Source: Bugula neritina | Lineage: Eukaryota > Animalia > Bryozoa | Direction of reading: 5' to 3' | DNA length: 64,000 nucleotides | Assembly (NCBI GenBank): GCA_964035545.1 | Contig: OZ037773.1 | Location: 7,345,751-7,409,750, forward strand | Shown here: one piece after another, positions 12,801-25,300 of the stretch | Layout of the letters: the number at the start of each line of letters is the position of its first letter | Numbering within the stretch: the stretch's first letter is position 1 | The notes under the pieces: model-generated | The model's database searches: none | What the model saw: only the letters and a program-made list of their open reading frames with translations | What the model was told of the DNA's origin: nothing | Made by a program: the position numbers and the translations under genes

Positions 12801-15800
12801 TGTCATACTAGGCCAGTTTTCTGAATCACAGCTGCTCCCTGACTATATAACATCAATATCTCAGCAGGAATGAATGTGAGAACTTGTATATATTGTGACA
12901 TGTTAGGTGGTATCTCTTAGACTGCCAGTTTTTACAATTATTCATAATAGTTACAGTTGAGTATGTTAAAGATTATCCCCAATGTTATATACATTCGGTT
13001 GGCTGCATATAAATTTTTTTAGTAAAATGTTCAATCAGTTGGTTAGGCAACTCCAAACTTGGCCATAACTTTGGACCACAAAAACCTTGTCAACAAGACG
13101 ATAGTCATCAATCAAGCTCTTAAAAACACTCTGCATAAAATATATAATTATTACAGTCAGGTATGAATTTTAATACGAGAAGTAATTAATAATACTCTAA
13201 TAATTCCTCTCTGTTTTACATAGTTCAACTATTGGCTTAATCCATTCGCAATTTTTAAAGAGGAGATTTTATAATTACAACATTGCCACACACTGAAAAT
13301 AATTGTTAAATTAATAAAGTCATGCTTTAAGAATTCTGTGCTCAATATGCATGAGCTACGGCAAGCCCTGTAAGCTGGGGGAGAGTGTGCTTTAGTGCAG
13401 CTCATATTTGTACAACGTGAAGGGCAGTGAATTCTATAGAAAAATAAACTCTACTGTAATTTAATCGACCAAGATACTATTGTTCAAAGGTAACAGCAAT
13501 AATGAAATGAATTGAGCAAATACCAGTAGTGTTATGTAAGTGCACACTAAAGTTATGTAACCTGGTATTATTTTAGTTAAGAATACAATGGCTACTTTAT
13601 GTTGAATCTAAACACAGACCGTTTCAGACTAGATGAGTCTTCACAAGTATCAATCTCTCAACTCAAAGCAATATTTTTATATTTGCTGAAATGCAGATCT
13701 TGACTGGTTCGGTGCCAAAAATAATAACTAAGTAATAGTAACAATTATTTAGGTTACTTGCAGTAAAGGATTGACTAAGATGCAATATTATTATAGACTT
13801 TATAACCTAAGACTGGCTCAGCTCACGGCTACTTTTTATGGATTTTTACCAGGACTAAATATCGCAAAAATATTCAACTATATAAACTTTTTTTTTATTC
13901 TATAAACAACTTTAAAAACTGACTCTGTGCTCATTTTCTAAACTACACTTTGAGAAGCTAACTGCCATGCACAACATACATTTAGCTCATGCAGGCAGCA
14001 TTTGTATAGGCAGCATAATGAAGAATATTCACAACAAATTTAGCACATATTAGGTACAGTATCTCAGACATTAGAGCTACGATAAGCTATGAGCAGCTCA
14101 TGGCTTACTCCTACCACCTGGATGCAAAAAACAACCAAATATCCTATCAATAGGAATCCCAAAAAGTGCTTGCAGGCGTTTATGCACAATACACTGGAAT
14201 GCAGAATGAGACTGATTAGGCTTCCCTGGTTTGTAGTCTAAGGTCTAAATGGCCTCATAATAAGGGTGTCATGGTGTGAGCCTCAGGATATGGTCTGCAT
14301 TGCTGCTGAAAACTTTAACAATAAAGTGCTTAAAAATAAATTTCATGACCCAGCTTGGTGCATTTTGCCAAAGGAAATTGTTAAAAGCAAAGAAATAATT
14401 GAAATCGTAAAATTTTTGGCTTCAAACCAGCTTGCGTTCACAATCCAAGATATATTCTATACATATATATCCGTGTAGTACTGAGGGGGAATATATTTTT
14501 AAGAAATTGCAATTATATTTTTGGTTGAAGATTAAATTAGTTGCGCTTTGTTAACAATTTGAATGCTTTTGCTACAAAACTGTTCTAGCTTTAAAATAGT
14601 GTCAAGACAAATATGCAGATAGTTGATAGTTCAACATTGTGAGTGTATATTCACTGTTTAGCAACAGGACTTAATAAGTTCTAATTATTTAAAGAGGTAA
14701 AGCACTAGCTTTAAGATTGCGTCTATCTTACATTGTTTTTACCTTTTTAATTATAATATGTATAAAATACATTGTCAATTTCTAAGTAATACTGCACATG
14801 TAAAGATTTAGAATTTTCGATAATCTTTAATGTAAGAATGTGAGATGTGGGACCTGCATTGGTCTTGTATAGAATTATAGATAGCATGTGGGTATTGTAT
14901 AACATTGTAGACAGTTTGTGGGTCTTCCATAGAAATATAGATTATAATAGTATGTGGGTCTTGTACATAATTATAGACAATATTATGTGGGACTTGTATA
15001 GCAATTATACAGTATGTGGGTATTGTATATGGAAATTATATACAGTATGTATTATTAACTAGTAAGTAGAATATTATGGTATGTTGGCAGATTTCATTAG
15101 TAGTATTATCGGAAATAAGCTAAGAAAAGATAATCTGGGATGTATATGAAATTATCATTCAATTACTGACTTTGTCATATGACAAAATATAATTTGATAA
15201 GATGCATTCTACAGTATAAGCCTTGCGTTAGGAGATGGTCTATTATACTATTTTATTCCTCTGAACTGTAGAACTAGTGCAGTGCACACTCTCGCCATCA
15301 GTCTGGTATTGTATCGGGATATTGCTAGGGAGCAATAAAATTACATGTTGCTTCTGTATAATATTATGTTAATCTTACAAGAAACTGTTCAATTCTTTAA
15401 CTTCTTCTTGAGGAGTATCTTTAATGATTTTAGTTTACTTAACAAAGCGATAATTAATGACCCTGTGTAATTCAATAGGTTATAAATAAAATAGAACAAT
15501 TGTCACAACTCTTGACTTTGGTGGTGTAATTACATGTATCCTTTGATACGTACCTACTAACTTAGTCAAAATCAATAACTGACAATAAGTTTTCCATTCC
15601 AATCTAAATAGTTTTCTCAATGTAAATCTATCTTTTAGAAATACTAGCCTAAGATCCAGAAAAACAGCCTTTAATTACCTTTATTTACTAAGTCTGATAC
15701 TGTTGATAACAAGGGACGAGTGCAGGGTAACCCTGAGACTGGCAGACTTAGTAAACAATGGCAGTATCACAACAACTTAATATAAAATATAAAGTAAAAT

Positions 15801-16577
15801 AAATCATAATAGGAGTAATTAATGCTATCGCAACAAGGAAGATGGGTACCTATTGAGAACTTTCTATGAAAGGAAAGTACATGGAAGCTCAGGGAAGCTA
15901 ACCTGGGTACAAATTATACTAATATGTAACTAACGCAGAAATATAAAATATTCCCAATTCAATTATAGTTGTGAAAAAATAACCCCTTGACATTTAAAAA
16001 GTCAAAATTTTCACTAACTGTCTCCACAGTCCTTCTTTAAAAGTTCCAGTGCACTTTATGATAACTATAGACACTTACTTAAAAATTCTTGTGTTTTTTT
16101 AACTATTTGGTTGCATGTAGCTGCAGGAGACAAATTACGTTATAATATTTACGTGAATGTAGACATCAGATACTACTCAATCAATTTGCTACGTACATGG
16201 TTCCTTACTTTTTGACTAAAAAAATAATGGATTTTGGCTGCCCCTACGAGCAAAACAATGCATAAATGCAAATCTTATTAGCTGGCTATTAGTTTTCTAA
16301 AACTGCAAAAGGCCATAGAAAGAAATCATACACAACTCAATCTATATTTGGTGAAAATGTTCACTGGAGTTTTGACGGAACTGTTGTAAAATTCTAATTC
16401 TTTGCAATAGCAGTTTAAAGCCATTGGGAAAGAAGTATGGAAGGACCTAGCAACATGCCTCCATCTTGTGTATAGTCTACTCTGTGATGTACCAAGTCAC
16501 TTACCGGTTGGAGAGTAAGGTGAAGGATATACTCCATTGGGTCGACTCCAGTGCCCACCAGTACGATTATTCCACAT
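852..16577 (-). CDS. Multi-exon gene for a low-complexity Pro/Gln/Ser/Tyr-rich protein; N-terminal ~241 aa only, identity unknown
   Basis: Eight AG/GT-bounded exons join in frame with no stops: 16577-16505 (MWNNRTGGHWSRPNGVYPSPYSPT), 11137-11097, 10684-10574, 8864-8831, 6791-6763, 2259-2184, 1884-1769, 1094-852. The last ends at a TCT|GTAAGC donor; read-through would stop at 837. No folded domain recognised in the window. Confidence 0.7.
5022..5225. repeat. Minisatellite, 24-30 bp unit (TAACTAGCTACTGTGTAGTAACTC)
   Basis: About 7 directly visible degenerate copies. Confidence 0.9.
5549..5629 (-). CDS. Candidate alternative first coding exon of the Pro-rich gene (MLNGNQHPNGRPPSIQHYYASRDQPTQ)
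   Basis: ATG at 5629, 27 codons, phase-0 CAG|GTAGAA donor compatible with exon 2259-2184. A CpG-rich patch with a CCAAT motif lies just upstream (5940-6070). Confidence 0.6.
5940..6070 (-). promoter_or_regulatory. Putative internal promoter of the Pro-rich gene
   Basis: Local CpG/GC enrichment against an AT-rich background and TTGGCCAAT at ~6058-6066, about 300-400 bp upstream of the 5629 exon. Confidence 0.4.
7984..8277. repeat. (GT)n/(GTGTGTGA)n compound microsatellite
   Basis: Directly visible; explains the Thr/His-repeat ORFs in the ORF track. Confidence 0.98.
14845..15055. repeat. Degenerate ~30 bp minisatellite (TATGTGGGTCTTGTATAGAATTATAGACAG-like)
   Basis: About 6 copies anchored on TGTGGG. 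Confidence 0.85.
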
Positions 16578-19021
16578 CTTCAGGGTAACGTATTATAATC
16601 CAATGTGCCGTGGTACATACGATGCTAAGTATGATCTCCTACGGATTTCTCAATGGAGATTAGATTACTATGGAAACATCAACTTTGTACGCAGATAAAA
16701 ACCTTGTATATCAACTTTTGAAGGAAGATATATTCTGTGCAAACAAATGGTGTTTGTTGTTGAATGTTTTACCAATATTAGTCAGTAATGAAGCGTTGAT
16801 AACTGCGTTTAACTACTGCCTTATCTCCCCACTCACTTGTACTGCATTTATAGAATAAATACTTTGCAAATTGACAAGACACTAAGCAGTTCCTTTACCC
16901 ACTTGACTAAGACTAAGAATGAATCAACCAAAGGCAATGCAGGCTGAGCTAATACACTGCATAATGTAACAGGAGTGGTACAATCAGAGTGGCAGTATCA
17001 ATAGCTCCCATTGTTCATGCTTGAGTGGCCGACCCATATCAAAATGTTAGCAACTTTTTGAAAAGATTCATTTGCCAGCATGGTTATCATAAGGTAAAAG
17101 AGGTGCTTCGCTTAGGTGTACCAACGGATGATGTGTAAACACTAGCAAATGAGTGGAAACCAAACACCTCCAGGCCTCTTCAAATTCATTACATAGAAAT
17201 CAAACGCCTTTAGAAAACTCAACTACTTTAATGTGCAGAGTAAATAAATAGTCTTAATGTAAGTCTAGATTAAGTAAATCCAAATGCCGTGATGATGGAA
17301 TGGCTTAAAAGCTGTTGTAGAGCTTCTCCTGTGACTTACTGGGTACAAATATTTAAATCCTGAGTAAACAGTTTCAATTGATTTGATTGCAGCCCCCAGC
17401 TTGTCTCTCAGAGCTAAAGTATTTTTTTAAAAAAGTTTCAAGGCTGAGAGCGCCTTTTGAAACTTGAATTTTCTAGGTGACTTTCAAAATGGAAGTAATA
17501 AGCTGCTCTAGTTCTATTCAATAGTCAATAATAATTTCTAAAACTTACTTAAGGATGAGTTTCAGCGTATCCATCTGATTATAAAAATTCTATTTTCAAT
17601 TCACTGGATTATTGTTGCTTTTTTAATAAATAAATAAATAAAAGAGATGATTTTTCAGCTGAAAGTTGAATAACATCAGATCTGTTTTTTGATTTGAGGT
17701 CCTGAGTACTCTGACTAAACCAGTCAGTTGGCAGCAAACAGCCAAAATATATCTATGCAATGTTTATAGCTCAGAAATAATTATCTTTAACTTTTAATTA
17801 GAATTTTCTGGGTGAATAAATCATTTAAATGAGAAGTTTTTGAGCACAAAAGATTATTAGAAGCAGCCATTTGGCTAGCTAGATGCTCGAAGTATGCAAA
17901 CCTAATTTGTAAACAGTTTAAAAAAATTTAAAAGTGCAATTTATAACTGAAACTGAGATAATAATTATTTTTACTTCAAGTTGAACTCATGTTCTTAATG
18001 ATCCCCTCGCCTGGACTGGTAGTCATTTGAAGTGCTTAGAGAAACTGGTAGTTTGATCTCAATATTCAGTTAGAGCTTCCTGATAAACCTCGTGCAACGC
18101 TATGACAAAGCCTCTTCTCGGGGAACATGAAAATGTACCTGTGATTCAGTTACATGAACATAAATGCAGATCGTATGTTATAAGCTAATATTAAAACATA
18201 ATTTTCAATTAAATATTCACTATTTGAGTTATTTCTGTGTGACTTTCTGGTTTTGAACTAAAAAGTAGCATTAGTGTTACCATGTCTCAACTCCCCTTGC
18301 ATAATTAATAGACACTGATTTGCATGCCAAGTGCAGTTTTGCGATTAATATTGTCACATAAACGAGGACATAAGTGATATTACTTGTTGGTAATGCAATG
18401 TAGGTACAAGATAGTACCATGTTGCTGTGCAACAGCTATAGTGTTAGATCACCTAATATACATAATATACGTTCTATACACATATGTTACAGAAAAGCCT
18501 ATATGTTTAGTATATGCATCTGACAACAAAATGTAATATACTTAGAAAATGTTTTCATAAAGTTCTTTTTTGCTGAACATCAGCGAGTTTTTCTTTTTTG
18601 CTACATCGTTGAGATATCTTGTACACAGACAGATTCACCCAGCACCTGTTGTGGTAATTGCTAGACATTCAAGCTTAATACAAAATTTAGAGTCTTCAAG
18701 TATATCGCTGAACTATCTGATTGCTTGCTATTATATGCTTAATAGTCCAGCACAACAATTTCCACCAAGAATTAGCTTAGAAATCTAAGATTCAATTTGC
18801 CTTTTAGGGTAATTAAACTTAAAAACTTCGTAAATGGCAAGCATTTTGCACATTCATCCTCTGCAAAGACTTATGGGAAGTCCGCACTTAGTATATAAGC
18901 ATATATACTTTCAATATCAGTACATATGCACTAATGAACAAATAAAACTAGTTTATCTTAATTAAACTAATGAAATAAATAAGCATAAATCCTTCTGTCT
19001 TCAGTGCAGATCATAATGGAC

Positions 19022-19380
19022 GTATAATAATATACAATGTTATATAATATAATGTAATATACTATAATATAATGTAATATACTATAATATAATATAATAT
19101 AATATAATATATTATAATATAATATAATATAATATATAATATAATGTAACATAATATAATATAATATAACATAATATGATATAATATAATGCAATGTAAT
19201 GTATTGTAATGTAATGCGATGCAATGCAATATATAATAAAATATAATGTTATATGATGTAATGCAATATATTATACTATAATAGAATATGATAATTTATA
19301 GTAAAATACAATGTGGTACAATATAAAATAAAATTATATGGTATAATGTGATGTAATAATAATATAAGATATATTACATA
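19022..19380. repeat. (AATAT)n/(AATGT)n pentanucleotide satellite
   Basis: Directly visible 5-bp periodicity. Confidence 0.95.
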
Positions 19381-22300
19381 AGAAAACTCATATACTTATG
19401 GTTGAAGCAGCATTGTAGTAGCATTGTACTATATCAATGGATGTATTGTAAACAGCCAAACTACCTAACTCTACAATGTATAATGTATTTACCAAGTTTT
19501 TAAATTATAAAGATATTAACATATCTTAAAAATCAGAGAGATTTAGTTATTATGCAAACAATAACAAACTATAGTTGTGTAAAAGTTTGACACTCAATTT
19601 TAAATCACTCAATGCAGCCTCAAATATTAAACAGAAACAAAAAGTTGGAATTCAGTGGTAAAGTTTAGAATTTGAAATTTATGCTACAAACATGTGTGGA
19701 GAAAAATCTGAAAATCTATAAAATTCGATGTGCTTTTAATAAATTTTTATAATAATTGAACACATTAATTTTTTTCAATATATTATTGCTATTTATAAAT
19801 ATCTATAATATAATTGAAATGTAGGAATAATGTTGAGAATATTAGAGACACCTGCATCAACAGACTTGTTGTGTCAGTATAACCTGAAATGATAAATGAT
19901 GCTGAATCGGCAATAATGAAGCCATAGCAGACAATGCCCAGCTGTATGCTCAGCTTAGGATCCCAAACTCAACAAGGCAACATCAACGCTCTTCCTCAAA
20001 CAATTACCAGAGGTAGCTGCACCAGCGCTAAAATGTTTGTCAAGAAACTATCTGCACACTTTTTGCCAAAATCCTGCATGATTTCACAGAGTTGAGTCTT
20101 AATACTAAAAATCAATTTTTTTCAACTGACTGTACATAGTTTGCTGGTGTACGCTGAGAAACCCTTGTTATAGCTTTGCTAATAGCTCTATTCTAATGAT
20201 TGTGTTTCAACCCACAAAATACAAATTGTATCCTGGCCTAAAAGCTATTGATGTTTGACTGCTGGTGATACATATATATGTCCCGCATCCCATACATGCA
20301 GGGTAAGCTGAATTGCTACGTGTAAATAATACCATCAAACTGAACTTTATTATGATGAACTGAAATATTCCAAGTCCATTTTAAATTCTCTTCACATTTT
20401 AGTTAATAGATCAAGTTTTTAGTTCATAATTATTCCAATTTTTGTAGCTAGAACATTATTTTAGATTAGCGAAATGGGCAAAAGCATTATAAACTGCAGA
20501 TGCCCTTTTTCTCACGAGAAACTACTTTTCTTCAGGAAAGTCATCACTATTCAAATTAAGCAAAAATTGACACTCTTATTCTTTAAAATTTTAGCTTTTA
20601 ACTTTTCCATTTAACAATTTTATTTTTGAGGAAAGTTTTTATTTTTCATCACTCTTGTTTATCAACTCTACTGTTAGTTGCTCCACTTGAAGTTAGTATG
20701 AAAATTAAACTAGGAATTTTGTTTTATGATATTATATCTTGTCTAAGTATTGGTTATTTTGTCTAATAACTAAATGTAAAAACATGCTCTTCTCTTTACA
20801 GAAAAATACCAAGTGTAGAAGTACATACTATATCTCTACCAATTTATGTACAATATAATGATATATTATTTTATAAATATTATTGGTATGTTATTTTCAT
20901 GTTTGTTATGAGCTGTTGGCAATCAATCATATCATTTTAACATGATTTTATTTGTAGTTAATTATTGTTATTGCTGCTCAGACATGCTGAACTTGAACAA
21001 AATAGTATGGCCGAAAATTGCAAACATTTTTATGAAGTGGGGGAAAAAGACTTAGTTTGAATTATGATCATTAGAAAGTTGAAATGTTGAAATTTAATTG
21101 TTATACAATTAAAAGACAGTTAAGCCGCTATACTGGCATAATCATTAGATTATTTTAACAAATCGAATTGAAGCTCTGCCAAAAAAACATAAAAAAGCTT
21201 TCTGTGTTTGATTCAGCCAACAAAGCTTTGAAGCTGCAAGTCAAAAGTTGGGAAATTCCAAAGAAAGTTCAAGATGAGAAAGAGATTAAGAATTTCAAGA
21301 TTAAAGGAACAATACAAGCTACGAGAATCTTCCAACCTGGACAGATGAAAGGCCTTTGGGAGCATACAGTTGTGTGGCCCCAGATAATAAATCCATTGAT
21401 ACAGAGAAGCAAAAAGTGCTTAATGGTACCTTAATGATAAGTAAAAAGTTAGATATTGTTCATTATAGGTTGTAGGTATACATTATATGCTAGGTTGGGT
21501 AGGTTATATTATGTTAAGATTATGGTTATAGAAATATAGACATGTCTAAAAAATGATTTTGGTGTAAGACTCAAAGACTGCATGGTGTGGTCCGGTACCA
21601 CTGCTCTATTCTCCAAGGCCAGTTAAAACATACTATAGTCAATAAGTTACACCATTCTGTGTGCAGGGTAGAAAAACCTTCAGCAAGTGTATTTCAGTGA
21701 GCGCGACCTTTTTCATGGCCAGATCCTGTTTCAAGACTTACTATTCAGTAGTCTGGTATTTGAAAAATTTGGGAGAAACTGGGCCATTTACGCAAGTATT
21801 ATTAAATTCGGTCACTGCAAACTATGTACTCCCAGCTTGTATGTCACAAGTACACAGGAAGTGTATTGGGCCACCACTTCCTGTGTGGCAGAGTCCAATT
21901 AATATGCATACAAAAACATCGGGAGCTTGGGTGGAGGAAGGCGATGGAGTTAAAAGCTTTAAATGAAAACTATCTTGATGGCATGCAAAACAGGTATAAA
22001 AGAAGACGCTGTTTTTTTAGTGCTTACAATTGAACTTACAATTAATCTACTAATGATGTGTTACACACCGCACAGTTAAGGTAAATACATGATTACACCA
22101 TTTTTAAGTAGTTATGATATCTAGCAGTATATGCAGTTTACATATTATTAGAAATTATAGAAAACAATTTCGTAACCTGTTGGCTGGCTTGTAGCTGACG
22201 TAAAGGAAGTATTACTGCTCTCACCGGAATGCATCTAAAAGCAATATCAAAAATATAATCATCAAAAAAGTGAATGAAATTTGTGCAACCCATCTAATCT

Positions 22301-25300
22301 TTAATCTCATGTGGTGTAATCCCTAATAAGTATGTTGGTGTACCTGGAGTATAAAAAATAGCGGAACAGCAGAAATCTTATTAAAAGAGTTTGAACACCC
22401 AAAATGTGTAAAAACACTGTCGTATACGTAATTATGAACTATTTTATCCGAACTATAGGTTGCCTAAGTTTTCACTTATAGTAGTGATGTAAGTACAACA
22501 TTGACTACATTTATAAAAAAAGAAGAATAAAAACGTGTTAGTAGAAGGTCTTTGAGTGCATTACCTCCCGTCAAAATTTTTCCCAGCATTTAAATAAAAT
22601 AATTAGGATAATAATTAGCTTTTTCACAAGTTAGTTCTAACACATTATGCTACAGATTTAAATAAATTCATTTAGTAATTTATGTAATATCTCACCTAAG
22701 ATGTGCTAAGCTAGCAATGATAACCACAGTGCATGAATAATGCGCATACGGTTTTAAATAACTAAACATTCATATCATAGCACATATGTCGCCATGTTAC
22801 ATGACAGTGTCATTTCTATATTTCAACTGGTGAGAGGGGAAGTGTAACCTTGAGTCACCTGTACAGAACTCAACATGTTGTTTTCAGAAACTATCATGCA
22901 ACCAGAATCTAAGGTCTCAGCTGGGCACCAGAATGGGGGGGGGGGGGTCAAGGAGCGGAGGTAAAGGAGGGGGTGAAGAGAGGGGAGTCAATTATAGGGG
23001 GTGGTTTGAATTGCATTAAGTAAATTACGTTTCATAAGAATTGGATAATTATATATATTATCATAAAATTAGAAGCTATTACATGTACTGTTGCTGTTCA
23101 ACAAGAATGTCTTTGTATGTGAATATAGCAAACATTAGCTAAAGCTTTAGCTATATCTTGCAGCTGGATAAAAGTGTAGAGTTTTATATCTGCATTGGAG
23201 AAACTTGTGATGACATTTACAAGGTCTACTGTCAATAATTTATAGACTAGTATATAATTTTTTCTAGTTCAATACTGTATATTTGATATTTATTCTTTAA
23301 CAGCTAACGCTGTAACTTTTTGAATTCTACACTAAGCAACTTTTGTGCAAGCATTACGCATGAGTTAAAAGCAGCTCTTGTGCATCATGTGACCAAAGCT
23401 AAACCAGCATTAAAAGTTTAATTCTTAGTGCTTCTTTGCAGATATGAATAATAGCTTTAGATGTTTTATGAATTAATGTGTTTTGCAAGTTGAAAATATT
23501 CTTCTACAGAGTGTATGTAGGTTGATCTACCGCAGTGATTCGTAAGTATGACGTTTGCGGTGGCAATGGCCGATAGCCATGGATTATGAGCTTAGCCAGT
23601 CAGCTGGGCAGTGTTGCAGGTGGTGCTTGATACCGGCAAATGTTTTCAATTTTCAGTGCCTAGCCTACCTTTAGAATGCAGACTGGGTGTGTGGTCATTC
23701 GTGTACAGCACGGGAGTGCTACCATGATTCAAGCAGATTTATACTGTTTTCAGCTAATAATTTAAGGCGCAGTTCAACTGCCAGATCTCTTGCCAAAGCG
23801 ATCAGATTTGGAATGTTTAAATATATATTTTACTAATAGCACTCACTCCTCGACGCAAATAAGTCTGCTCATTCTTGCAAAAGTTCTTTAGACTTAACTC
23901 GTGACATACAAGGCTATATTATGTATTATAGTCCTGTGTACCAGGTTATAGCATCATTGACTTGTATATTACAAAAGGTTGAGTTATACATCTTTCAGCA
24001 AAAATTATGTTTTTGAACCAAACTTATTGCCTGGCTGTTATGGTCCAATGTTTCTAAATAAAGGAAACATTATTTGGGTGAAATCTTCAAAGAAAACGTA
24101 GCATAATAAAAGTTTGGGATTTGTATGATTCGAAAAACAGAACTTTAATTTTTAGCTAAATCTAAACTTGCTGGACAATTTACAGTATGATGGAAAACTT
24201 GCCACTGATTAGTACTAAAACAGTCGGCTTTATTTTTCCACTCCGATTCTTTCAGATGATTTATCATAGAACTATAGTTAGGGCTAATTTATTGTCAGAA
24301 TTGTATATTCTGATTTAATTAATGATTTTAACTCGTGTTTACATATTTCATTATGTTGAAGTATGGAGGTTTGGAAGATTAGAGTGCATTACTGTGTAAA
24401 GATGCAGCCATTTTTTGAGAGAGTTCTTGTTTCAACTGCCAAGTCTTTTGCATTAGGCTGCTCCTAGCCAGTAAGCATCGGTTTGATGGATTATACATAC
24501 AGTTCAAATTTTCTGATAATTCCTTCATTTATCCTAAAAGGTATGCCGCTGGGAAAATAATCTCGATATAAAACTCTTTGTTTCTTCCATTTTAAGACTT
24601 AAATAAAGTATCAATTAGCCCAGATTATCTGCTGACCTATAAAATAAATATTTTAATAATAAATTTAATTAAAATTACTTAATAGTTCACCCACCTCTGA
24701 TGAAACAGCTTTTTATTTGACAGAAATCCTATTAGCTATATTATTAGCAAAACACAATAGCTTTGTAAATGGAAGCCGCTAAACTAAGAATATATCCACT
24801 AAATGGAATCGGTAATAGGTTGCGTTTTCTTTAAACAGAAGTGGATTAAACAGAAGGATAGGATAATCTGAGACTATGTATTCATGGAGGCCAAACTAGC
24901 TGAACTTGCGAGTGCAAGAAAATAAAAAATTAGCACGGTTGTGGTTTATATTAATGATATTCTTAGCATTTCAAATATAAGTCTCATGTTTATGGTAAAA
25001 AAGTTACTAAATAAAAATTATTAAAATTATCCTTTTCTACATTTTAGTTTGTGGCTAAATGCTCAACAGGGCCGATGCAAGGTAATTATTTCTACATACT
25101 ATTAAAATTAAGTTTCAGTAACAGACCAACTCACTATGGATTCTATAGAGTTAGTTGTCTGGCATTTGAAAAGCTGGTGCTGCCATTGCAAACTTAATCT
25201 CTGCAAGTCATGTCAAAGTTCAGGCTGCCAACCAAAACAGCTATAGGAATACAGTTTCTGCTGCTTGCTGCAGATCTACATTGAACTATTCTGGCTAATG

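Noticed and set aside
14720-14810. TAATACTGCACATGTAAAGAT resembles miR-8/miR-200 (TAATACTGTCAGGTAAAGATGTC)
   Set aside because: The middle differs and no ~60-nt precursor hairpin can be drawn; the only partial complement is too far away.
18967-19224. Ile/Tyr/Leu-rich 85-aa ORF
   Set aside because: Translation of the (AATAT)n satellite.
21168-22033. Cluster of overlapping 69-101 aa plus-strand ORFs, possibly a decayed transposase or gene
   Set aside because: No recognisable motif and no consistent splice model; BLASTX would be needed.
22934-23005. G-run cluster as a functional G-quadruplex (also 31581-31595 and 57812-57850)
   Set aside because: Short poly-G tracts with no supporting positional context.
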